NCBI GenBank assembly: GCA_035484435.1
Contig: DATHOY010000041.1
Span: forward strand, 1,039 to 65,038
From: Vulcanimicrobiaceae bacterium
GTDB taxonomy: Bacteria > Acidobacteriota > Terriglobia > Acidiferrales > UBA7541
Direction of reading: 5' to 3'
Length of the DNA stretch: 64,000 nucleotides
A program made the translations under genes and the position numbers. This document shows, one piece after another, positions 9,876 to 18,702 of this stretch. The notes under the pieces are model-generated. The model was not told the origin of the DNA, searched no databases, and saw nothing but the letters and a program-made list of their open reading frames with translations. How positions within the stretch are numbered: position 1 is the stretch's first letter; each line of letters begins with the position of its first letter.

Positions 9876-10853
9876 TTAGGGTGTGAAAAATACCGGACTG
9901 GTGTTGGAACCATGAATCGCGACATGGCAGAGCGTGCAAGCCTGGTACTTGGTGGACTGGTTGTGGAAGCTTGGTGTGGCCGAGGGGCCAACGTTCGCAT
10001 TCAGCGAGTGGCAGCTGATGCAGAGCAGATTGACCTGATTTTGCTTAAGCATACGCTGATTGGTTGAGCCGTGTGGAGAATGGCAAGCGGTGCAGCCCTC
10101 CAGTTTGGCTTCGTGCTGGTAGACGAAGGGACCCTGCTTGTCGGCATGGCACTTGTAGCAGACCTCGTCATTGCCGTCGGCCCGGCGGAGTTGGTGAGCC
10201 AGGAAACCACCATGGGGGTTGTGGCAATCGCCACACTGCAGCAGCCCTTCATTGACCCGGTGATGGAACGGCCGTGCGAACTCCGCCCGCACATCCAGAT
10301 GGCATTTGTAGCAAAGCTTCGGCGAGGCTTCCTTTAGCAAGAATTCGCTTTCTTTTGCGTGGTGTGGAGAGTGGCAGTCAATGCAAGAGACGCCGCTCTG
10401 GAGATGCAGGGATCGTCCAAAGTTGTTCTGCTCGTGACTGCTTTGATGGCAATCCAGGCAGCGCGCACTGGTCTGCTGGGGAGTTGCGTCCTTGAAGGTG
10501 AAGATTTTGGATTTGTCGCCGCCGCCGTCGACGTGCTCCTTGCCGGGGCCGTGACAAGCCTCGCAGCCATGCCATTCCGCGCCCTTGTGCGCGTCGAGTT
10601 TCGCGTCCATGGTGGTGGCGAAATGGGGAGTCTTTTCAAAGTTTGCATAAATCTCGTCATGACACGTCTTGCAGGTGTCGGAGCCTACATACAACGCCGG
10701 ATCTGTCGGGCGCACATATGCTTTGGCTTGACCAGAGGACTTGGTCTGTTGTGCGCCATTCTTTTTGTCGTCGGAGTGGGCAAAGGGAACTACCAACGCC
10801 GGAATCAGCACTGCCAGAAGATAATAGATGGGGAGCCGCTGCGAATACTTCAT
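9876..10853 (-). CDS. mtrA: Periplasmic decaheme cytochrome c, MtrA/DmsE/MtoA family
   Basis: 10 CxxCH motifs (CKTCH, CEACH, CLDCH, CIDCH, CYKCH, CGDCH, CYKCH, CTACH, CISCH, CTLCH); YVGSDTC start, GPFVYQH, IHGSN end; signal peptide after AGAGGAG. Confidence 0.93.
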   Translation of the reverse strand: MKYSQRLPIYYLLAVLIPALVVPFAHSDDKKNGAQQTKSSGQAKAYVRPTDPALYVGSDTCKTCHDEIYANFEKTPHFATTMDAKLDAHKGAEWHGCEACHGPGKEHVDGGGDKSKIFTFKDATPQQTSARCLDCHQSSHEQNNFGRSLHLQSGVSCIDCHSPHHAKESEFLLKEASPKLCYKCHLDVRAEFARPFHHRVNEGLLQCGDCHNPHGGFLAHQLRRADGNDEVCYKCHADKQGPFVYQHEAKLEGCTACHSPHGSTNQRMLKQNQVNLLCISCHSLNANVGPSATPSFHNQSTKYQACTLCHVAIHGSNTSPVFFTP

Positions 10854-11071
10854 AGAACTCCTCTGGCTATTGGTGGACAGATTCCTGCGTCCACACGAAC
10901 CAGGTTGCATCCGCTTTCTTTCGAAGGACACGACAACCTCGAGAGCAGGGCGCCTCGCGAACTGTCGGAACCCGCCTCCATCGCTGGCCAAGCGGACACT
11001 TCAAGAGGGCAAAGAGTTTCTTGAAAATCCTTCCTGCCACAGAAGGTATTTTGAAAATTCTCGAATGTCAG

Positions 11072-11087
11072 CTAGGGATTTCCCTAG
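11072..11087. promoter_or_regulatory. Palindrome CTAGGGA-TT-TCCCTAG, putative transcription-factor site between divergent mtrA and fdnG
   Basis: 7-bp perfect inverted repeat in the intergenic region; GATTTCCCTA recurs at 26705-26714 and with one mismatch at 2038-2047. Confidence 0.5.
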
Positions 11088-11212
11088 TGGCACTCAGCGG
11101 GGCCAAACGTTACCTTCCACTCCGTAATGGGTCACCGGGGAGGCGAGCTTTCCGTCAATGGGGCGGTTCAGTTCTATATCCAGCGCTAAGATGCAATTCT
11201 GATTCATGAAGT

Positions 11213-14200
11213 ATGGAGCAAGCCTTGGATCTGAATAAGAATGAAGAACTTGGAGTGAATGGACAGATTGAAAGCACCGCTGGTGAGTCATCAAAGACTC
11301 TGAGTGGGGTTACTCGGAGGGAGTGGTTCAGGACGGCGGCTGGCGGTTGTGCCGGGCTGGCGCTGGGTACCTTTGTCGATGTGGAAGCCGTGCGGGCTAG
11401 CACGCAGATGCTGAAACTCTCCGACGTGAAGGAGTTCACTACTTCCTGCAACTTTTGTTCGTGTGGATGCGGGATGGTGGCGACGGTACGCGAAGGCAAG
11501 TTGATTAGCATGGAGGGCGACTACGACCACATTGTGAATCGCGGATCCCTGTGCGTGAAGGGAATATCCATGTTTGCGACTCACACCTCGCCGAACCGGC
11601 TCACAACCCCGCGTTATCGGGCGCCCGGCAGCGACCACTGGGAGGATATCTCCTGGAACGACGCGATCGAACGGGTCGCACAGAAGATTCGGAAGACGCG
11701 CGACGCGACCTGGATCTTCACCGAGAAGGTTGGCAACAAGGAGGTTCCGGTCAATCGGACCGATGCAATCGGCTTCCTCGGTGGCGCGCAGAACACGAAC
11801 GAGGAGTGCTACCTCTTCCAGAAGGCGGCCCGGCTGCTCGGCCTGGCTTACGTCGAGCACCAGGCCCGACTTTGACATAGCCCCACGGTCCCCGGTCTGG
11901 GGGCCTCGTTCGGCAGGGGAGCGATGACCAACCACTGGGTCGACCTCCAGAACTGCAAGACGATACTGGTGGAAGGTAGCAACGTAGCCGAGAACCATCC
12001 CATGGCCTTCAAGTGGATCCGGAAGGCACAGGAGAATGGGGCGAAGATCATCCACGTCGATCCACGATTCACTCGGACTTCCGCGGCCGCTGACGTGTAC
12101 GCGCGCATCCGGCCCGGAACCGACGCGGCATTCCAGAACGCGATGATCAACCACATCCTCGTCAACAAGCTGTACGATGAGGATTACGTCGTGACCCACA
12201 CCAACGCCCTCTTCTTGGGCGATGCGGCGTTCGAATTCAAGGACGGCGTTTTCAGCGGGTTTGACGCGGAGAACCACAAGTACCATACGGAGACTTGGGG
12301 ATATCAACTCGATGCGAGGGGAAAGCCACGTGTCGCCAAGAGCCTGGATGACCCGCACTGCGTATTCTCGCGCCTGAAGACCTTCGTCTCGCGATACACA
12401 CCGGAGATGGGCGAACAAATCACCGGCGTTCCGGCCAAGCAGATCCAGCAGATCGCGGAGATGATGGCGAAGAATCGGCCGGGATCGATTCTCTACGCAC
12501 TCGGGATGACGCAGCACACGACCGGTGTGCAAGGGATTCGGTCGTTCACGATTCTGCAACTCCTGCTGGGCAACATCGGCAAGCCGGGCGGCGGCGTCAA
12601 CGCATTGCGCGGCGAGCCGAACGTGCAGGGCGCGTGCGACATGGCGGTGCTCTACAACTACATGCCGGGCTATCTTAACTCTGCGTCGAACGCCGAGCCG
12701 ACCATCCACGACTATGTGCGCAAGAACGGGATCGCTGACAGCCGGTTTCTCGTCAACACGCTCAAGGCGTTCTTCGGTGAGGCGGCCACCGCCGAGAACG
12801 ATTATGCCTATGCCTGGCTGCCCAAGCGGAACGCTTCCAAGGACTATGGAACTCTGCCGATGTTCGAGGACGCCCTCGCTGGAAAGTTGAAGCTACTCTG
12901 GATCGTCGGCCAGAATCCCGCGGTTACCGTGCCCAACCTCAGGCTGATTTTCGACGCGATGGCAAAGCTCGAGACACTCGTGGTCCAGGAGATCTGGGAG
13001 ACCGAGACCCCGGCGTTCTGGCACCGGCCCGGCGTCGATCCGAAGTCCATCTCGACCGAGGTGATCTTGCTGCCCGCGGCGTTCTTCATGGAAAAGAACG
13101 GCACCATCAGCAACTCGGGCGGCATGGTGCAATGGCGCCACGCCGCCGTGAAGCCCCCGGGGCAGGCCAAGCCCGACGGGGAAATTGTGGACCTCGTTTT
13201 CCGCAGGGTGCGCGATCTGGTCAAGGACTCGAAGGAGCCGCGGGATGAGATCATCCGGAAGGCCTCCTGGAACTACACCACGGCCGAAGACGTCCTGCGC
13301 GAGATCAACGGATATGCACTGCGCGACAACCCGGAGACCGGCCTAAAGGCGGGCGATCTTGTGCGCAAGGTCAGCGATCTTCGCTCCGATGGTTCCACTT
13401 CGTCGGGCGCGTGGATCTACGCGGGCGTCTTCGCCAACGGCGAGAACCTCTCGAAGCGCCGCGACTCGCAAACGGATCCTGGAGGCCTCGGCCTCTATCC
13501 GGGCTTCGGGTGGACCTGGCCCAACAACATGCGCATCCTTTATAACCGGGCGTCATGCGACCGGAACGGCAAGCCCTATTCGGGTTCGAAGCCCATCGTC
13601 TGGTGGGACAAGCAGGCGAAGCGCTGGGCCGGATACGACGTGCCGGACGTCCCCGTCCAGACGGACGGACCGAACACGCCGAACGGCCAGCGGGCTTTTC
13701 ATCTGGGTGCGGAGGGCGTCGGGCGCCTGTTCGCGGCCGTCTATTCGGACCCGGACGAGAAGCATCCGGGGTATCCGCGCGACGTGGCCTACGTACCGAA
13801 GGACGGCCCGCTGCCGGAGATGTACGAGCCCGTCGAGAGCCCGGTGGAAAACATCCTTCACCCGCGGGTCAAGAGCAACCCGATGCTCAAGTATCCGCGC
13901 GTCGCGACGCATCAGCCCATTGGCACAGCCGACAAGTTCCCGTACGTGCTGATGACGTCGACGGTCGCGGAACACTGGTGCGCTGGCTCGACGACGAGGA
14001 ACATTCCCTGGCTCAACGAGCTCGTCCCCGAACCGGTGCTGGAGATGCCTGTCACCCTCGCCCAGAAGCTCGGGGTGAAATCGGGGGACAGTGTCAGGGT
14101 ATCGTCTGCGCGCGGTGAGCTGGAGGTGAAGGCCCTGGTCACGCCGCGCATGAAGGCGCTGAAAATCGGCGACCGCGAGGTCACTGTCGTTTGGATGCCC

Positions 14201-14365
14201 TACAACTGGGGTTTTAAAGGCCTTTCTACCGGCCCCAGCGTAAATTTTCTCACTATCGATGCCGCCGATCCGGGCGCGGGTACCCAAGAAACCAAAGCTT
14301 GTCTGGTTAATGTGATCAAGCTCCGCGAAGCCGATGCAAGATCCTCCGTCTCGCGAAGGGGGTAG
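11213..14365 (+). CDS. fdnG: Selenocysteine-containing formate dehydrogenase alpha subunit (FdnG/FdoG type, Mo/W-bisPGD), Tat-exported; TGA 11873-11875 read as Sec
   Basis: ORFs 11213..11875 and 11924..14365 are in the same frame; read-through gives QARL-U-HSPTVPGLGASFGRGAMTNHW (E. coli FdnG QARV-U-HGPTV...FGRGAMTNHW); Tat motif TRREWFR; [4Fe-4S] motif CNFCSCGC...C; ALRGEPNVQG. Confidence 0.96.
11887..11905 (+). promoter_or_regulatory. Bacterial SECIS element
   Basis: Hairpin GGTCCCC-GGTCT-GGGGGCC starting 11 nt after the UGA, with a GGUC-containing loop as in the E. coli fdhF SECIS. Confidence 0.85.
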
Positions 14366-14368
14366 TGC

Positions 14369-16561
14369 ATGAGTCAGTCTGCGAACTCAGGCTCCGTTAA
14401 AACGACGCTGGTCGACATCACGAAATGCATCGGTTGTCGTGCGTGTCAGGTTGCTTGCAAGCAGTGGAACGACCGCGATGGGGAAGCGACAGAGTTTCAG
14501 TGGGACCTAGGTTTTCAGAACCCGGCTACTCTCAGCGCAAAGACGCTTACTCTAATTACGTTTCATGAGCTGCCTAACGAGCAGGCACCCGGGGGGTTGA
14601 ATTACGTTTTCACCATGCGGCGATGCCTGCATTGCCTGGAGCCCGCCTGCGCCTCCGCTTGCCCGACAACCGCACTGACCCGGCAACCTGACGGACCCGT
14701 AACCTACGATGCCGACAAATGTATCGGTTGCCGCTACTGTATTTGGGCGTGCCCCTGGGGCGTGCCCACCGCGGAATGGGATTCGCTTGCTCCCAAGATT
14801 CAAAAGTGTACGCACTGCGCTGACCGCGAGGATCAACCCATCCCCATGGCCCGCAATGGGCAAGCGCTTACTCAGGAAGAGAGCAAACAGTATCGAGCCA
14901 ACATTGTCGAGCCGGCTTGCGTCAAGGCTTGCCCTGCTGACGCGCTGCAGTTCGGCACCAGAGATGACATTCTGAAGGAAGCGCGCACTCGAATATCCGG
15001 TCAACCTGAGAAGTATGTAGACCATATTTACGGCGAAAACGAAGCCGGTGGCACAAGTGTGTTGTACCTATCGTCCGTTCCTTTCGACAAGCTGGGTTTT
15101 CCCGATGTCGGCACGAAGGCGTATCCGGCAGTCTCCAAAATAGCGATACACTCTGTCCCGCCCGCGGTTCTGGCTGTGGGCGCGTTGCTTGGGGGCACCT
15201 ACGCTTTCTTGAAACGTAGAGCCTTCGCAGTAGCGAATGGGCCGGATGCAATTCCCGTTAGTGATGCTAGCCATCACCCGGAGTTCGAGCCTCTCCAGCA
15301 AAAGCTTCTGACTCCGTTCAATTGGATTCTTCTTGGACTCATGGCGTTCGGCCTGATCTCCCTTATCGCCCGCTTCGCCTTGGGCTTGGGTGGCAGCACA
15401 CATCTATCGAACACATATGCGTGGGGACTCTGGATCGTCTTCGATTTGGTCTGGATCGCCGTGGCTGCCGGGGCATTCGCGACTGCCGGCATCATCTATG
15501 TGTTTCAGCGTAAGGACCTCTACTCTATGGGCCGTTCAGCCGTGCTGATGGGCCTGTTAAGTTATTCGTTTGTTACAGTCACGCTGATCGCGGACCTTGG
15601 CTTGCCCTGGCACTTCTATCAGCTTGGCCTGCAGGCTCCCGAGGGATCGGCGATGTTCGAAGTGTCCTGGTGCGTCGGCCTCTATGTCTCGATTTTGCTC
15701 TTGGAGTTCCTGCCGGTGCCATTTGAGCGATGGGGATTGCAGAAGGCAAAGGATATCTGGCAGCGCTGGTCCGGCGCATACGTCGCTGGTGCGCTTACCT
15801 TGTTTGTCTACCTGCTCTCGCGCCAACTAACGTACGCGTTGCTGACCGCAATTTTGTTCTCTTTTCTTGCCTGGGCGTTCCGGGCCAAAGACAAAAAATC
15901 CGAACCGATCATGCTGGCCATCGCCGCAGTAACATTCTCGACGATGCATCAGAGCTCGCTAGGCTCGTTGTTTCTGCTGATGCCGGACAAGCTTGCTCCA
16001 CAGTGGTGGTCTCCTGTGATGCCTGTTTCTTTCTTCCTTTCTTCCATTGCGGCCGGCACGTCTCTAGTCGTTCTGTGCGAAATGTGGATGGCAAAGGCGT
16101 GGGGACGCCGCCTGCAGGTCCCGCAACTGGCAGCAATGGGTAAGATTTCATTTTGGTCACTGCTGGTCTACTGGTCGTTTCGGCTAGTCGATATGGTCGT
16201 TCGAGGCCAGTTCTCGGGCTCATTTTCAGACAGCCTGGGAGTCCTTTTCGCGGCGGAATTCTTACTGGGCGGGATCGTTCCTATGGTCCTACTCGGGACA
16301 GCACCGCTGAGGACTCGGCCTGTGGTTCTATTTCTCGGGGCCTTTCTCGCCACGGCTGGCGTGGTTTTCAATCGCGTGAATGTGGTTCTCCTGGCGATGG
16401 AATTAAAGGGGTCGATGCCGCAGATCGCACCGGCGTCCTATACCCCGTCAATCTTCGAGTGGGGAATCTCCGTTGGCCTTATCGCTGCAACTATCTTCCT
16501 TTTCGGGCTGGGCGCACGAATCATGCCGATACTCCCAAAGGAAGAGGTTGAACAGGAATAG
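14369..16561 (+). CDS. Fused formate dehydrogenase Fe-S subunit (FdnH/HybA-like, 4x[4Fe-4S]) and NrfD/HybB-type membrane subunit
   Basis: CIGCRACQVAC, CLHCLEPACASACP, CIGCRYCIWACP, CTHC...CVKACP, YGENEAGGTS; then a polytopic domain with WGLWIVFD, ADLGLPWH, SAMFEVSWC, STMHQSSLG (HybB motifs). Confidence 0.9.
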   Translation: MSQSANSGSVKTTLVDITKCIGCRACQVACKQWNDRDGEATEFQWDLGFQNPATLSAKTLTLITFHELPNEQAPGGLNYVFTMRRCLHCLEPACASACPTTALTRQPDGPVTYDADKCIGCRYCIWACPWGVPTAEWDSLAPKIQKCTHCADREDQPIPMARNGQALTQEESKQYRANIVEPACVKACPADALQFGTRDDILKEARTRISGQPEKYVDHIYGENEAGGTSVLYLSSVPFDKLGFPDVGTKAYPAVSKIAIHSVPPAVLAVGALLGGTYAFLKRRAFAVANGPDAIPVSDASHHPEFEPLQQKLLTPFNWILLGLMAFGLISLIARFALGLGGSTHLSNTYAWGLWIVFDLVWIAVAAGAFATAGIIYVFQRKDLYSMGRSAVLMGLLSYSFVTVTLIADLGLPWHFYQLGLQAPEGSAMFEVSWCVGLYVSILLLEFLPVPFERWGLQKAKDIWQRWSGAYVAGALTLFVYLLSRQLTYALLTAILFSFLAWAFRAKDKKSEPIMLAIAAVTFSTMHQSSLGSLFLLMPDKLAPQWWSPVMPVSFFLSSIAAGTSLVVLCEMWMAKAWGRRLQVPQLAAMGKISFWSLLVYWSFRLVDMVVRGQFSGSFSDSLGVLFAAEFLLGGIVPMVLLGTAPLRTRPVVLFLGAFLATAGVVFNRVNVVLLAMELKGSMPQIAPASYTPSIFEWGISVGLIAATIFLFGLGARIMPILPKEEVEQE

Positions 16562-16574
16562 GAATATCGATCCT

Positions 16575-17399
16575 ATGACACAAGACGTTTGGCTGGAGAG
16601 GCATCCATACCTGCAACCCGTTGCAGACTTTCACGCACAAGTCTCGGCTGCTGCAGCCGGCATCCCAATCGCTCGCGCTCACATTCCAAACTTCGACAGC
16701 TACATCGGCGACTATAAGGCAGGCATCCCGTTACTACAAAGCTCCCACGCAGCAATCGACCTCGAGCCTGCGGAAGCGATTCTTGTATCGCTAGTCGAGA
16801 GCATGGCTTCAAAGCCATTGCCGGAAAAACTGGCCATTGAGTGTCGAGATTCGGGGACTCATTTGCGCCGGGAACCGAGTGCGCCGCGTCGAGCGGTCGC
16901 TTGGTTATTCGGCGAGCAAACGTTCAATTCCGCGCACCCGGGTCTGCTGCGCTACTTAGGTTGGACGGCGCTGGCCCGATTTCTCTGCCCACTCGGAAAT
17001 GCTTTTGGCACCTGGCGCGAGGAAGAGCAGTGGCTCCGCAGCTACTGCCCGACTTGCGGTTCGCCTCCGGCAATGGCCCAGTTAGTTGGCAGCGATCCTG
17101 GCCGCCTGCGCTTCCTCTCTTGTGGGTGTTGCGGCACGCGCTGGCGTTTCCGGCGAATGGGGTGTCCGTTCTGCCAAAGCGAGGGCGATCACCGGCTCCA
17201 CGCGCTGTCAATTGAGGGAGAGACATCGCTTCGTATCGACTACTGCGAGTTCTGCCGCGCCTATCTCAAGACTTATCTAGGAGGGGGGAGCGAGGCTTTT
17301 TTTCTGGCAGATTGGACTTCGCTTCACCTCGATATTATCGCCTGCGATCGTGGACTAAAACGGTTGGCTGCATCCCTGTACGAATGGTCCACCCATTAA
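16575..17399 (+). CDS. fdhE: Formate dehydrogenase maturation protein FdhE
   Basis: YCPTCGSPP, RFLSCGCCGTRW, CPFC, DYCEFCRAYLKT, LADWTSLHLD. Confidence 0.92.
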   Translation: MTQDVWLERHPYLQPVADFHAQVSAAAAGIPIARAHIPNFDSYIGDYKAGIPLLQSSHAAIDLEPAEAILVSLVESMASKPLPEKLAIECRDSGTHLRREPSAPRRAVAWLFGEQTFNSAHPGLLRYLGWTALARFLCPLGNAFGTWREEEQWLRSYCPTCGSPPAMAQLVGSDPGRLRFLSCGCCGTRWRFRRMGCPFCQSEGDHRLHALSIEGETSLRIDYCEFCRAYLKTYLGGGSEAFFLADWTSLHLDIIACDRGLKRLAASLYEWSTH

Positions 17400-17491
17400 G
17401 TCCACCGCGTTAGTCAGGCGCAGGGTAAGTTATGGCAAGATGGGGTGGAATATGCCGTACTTTTGCTGTCTTCGGAAATGGAATCTCCTCA

Positions 17492-17505
17492 TTGATCTCG
17501 ATCAC
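17492..17505. promoter_or_regulatory. FNR/CRP-family-like box TTGAT-N4-ATCAC upstream of carbonic anhydrase
   Basis: One mismatch from the FNR consensus TTGAT-N4-ATCAA; ends 18 nt before ATG 17524. Confidence 0.35.
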
Positions 17506-17523
17506 TCCTAGGGGGAAAGTTCG

Positions 17524-18294
17524 ATGGATTCTCATTCATTCTGGCGAACAGTTCTCTTTGCTCCTATCCTAGGCATGGTTGGTTTGCCCTCCGTCAGCGA
17601 TGCTCAGGAAGCCCATCCGCCCCACTGGACTTACTCTGGGGCGGAAGATCCGAAACATTGGGGCAAGCTTGATCCAGCCTTTTCCGCCTGTTCGCTGGGC
17701 CACACCCAATCGCCTATCGATATCAAGAATGCCAAGTCCGCGGAACTCCCAGCCCTTAAACTGGACTATGAGGCTGTAGCGCTGAACATCATCGACAACG
17801 GGCACACAATTCAAGTGAACTACGCTCCTGGAAGCACGCTCACCGTCGGCGACAAAACCTACACTCTGAAACAGTTTCACTTTCACCACCCGAGTGAAGA
17901 GCATGTTGCCAACAAGGGCTTCCCCCTTGAGGCTCATCTTGTGCATGCGGATGCCAACGGAAACTTGGCTGTCGTTGCTGTTCTGTTTAGGGTGGGAAAT
18001 GCAAACCCACTAATCGACACGTTGTGGAAGAACATCCCATCCCAAAAGGAAAAGGGACAAGATGTTCCTTCGGTTTCGGTTCAGGTTCAGGATTTGCTCC
18101 CGAGTGATCGCGGCTACTTCACTTATGCCGGGTCGTTGACCACTCCCCCCTGCACTGAAGGCGTCACCTGGTACGTTCTGAAGGGCCATACCACGATCTC
18201 TCCCGAACAAGTGGCGGCGTTTGCCAAGATTTACCCGACGGATGCACGACCCATCCAAGCAACCAACGCACGCGAGATACTACAATCTAAATAG
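17524..18294 (+). CDS. cah: Exported alpha-class carbonic anhydrase
   Basis: Signal peptide; HWTY, QSPIDI, NGHTIQV, QFHFHHPSEEH, EAHLVH (Zn ligands), YAGSLTTPPCTEGVTW. Confidence 0.96.
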   Translation: MDSHSFWRTVLFAPILGMVGLPSVSDAQEAHPPHWTYSGAEDPKHWGKLDPAFSACSLGHTQSPIDIKNAKSAELPALKLDYEAVALNIIDNGHTIQVNYAPGSTLTVGDKTYTLKQFHFHHPSEEHVANKGFPLEAHLVHADANGNLAVVAVLFRVGNANPLIDTLWKNIPSQKEKGQDVPSVSVQVQDLLPSDRGYFTYAGSLTTPPCTEGVTWYVLKGHTTISPEQVAAFAKIYPTDARPIQATNAREILQSK

Positions 18295-18470
18295 TTGTTT
18301 GCCACCCAAAAACAGAGAAATACCTTTATCTGGAGTTGAGCTTCCTTTCGGGTATCTCCTACTCTCTTTTTCAGGTGCTTACCCGATTGTGAGGCAGGTC
18401 TTCTGTACTTGAAACTCCCCATGAAGGAAATACATCTCATTACAGGGGCTCCTTACCCAGGGGGGCCGGT

Positions 18471-18680
18471 ATGCCGTGCAAGTCGTGCGGGTCAGTCAAT
18501 CAGAGCAAGTTTGCAGGGGAGATAGGCATCCATTTTCCCGGACTGCAAAATCTTGACAATCCCGTCGTGTGGGTATTTCCAGAGCTTGTTGTCTGTTTGG
18601 ATTGTGGTACTGCGGAATTTGCTGTCCCGGAAGCTGAACTGCGCCAACTTGTGAAAGGTGACGCTGCTGCGGGGGGTTAA
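18471..18680 (+). CDS. Small Cys-rich (CxxC...CxxC) zinc-ribbon-like hypothetical protein
   Basis: MPCKSCGS...VCLDCGTAEF, G-rich RBS; resembles small proteins common in Acidobacteria. Confidence 0.7.
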   Translation: MPCKSCGSVNQSKFAGEIGIHFPGLQNLDNPVVWVFPELVVCLDCGTAEFAVPEAELRQLVKGDAAAGG

Positions 18681-18702
18681 CCTGGAATTGAGCCTTACTA
18701 TC

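Noticed and set aside
11213-14365. fdnG as a nonsense pseudogene or two separate genes
   Set aside because: The TGA is at the conserved Sec position, in frame, with a SECIS hairpin
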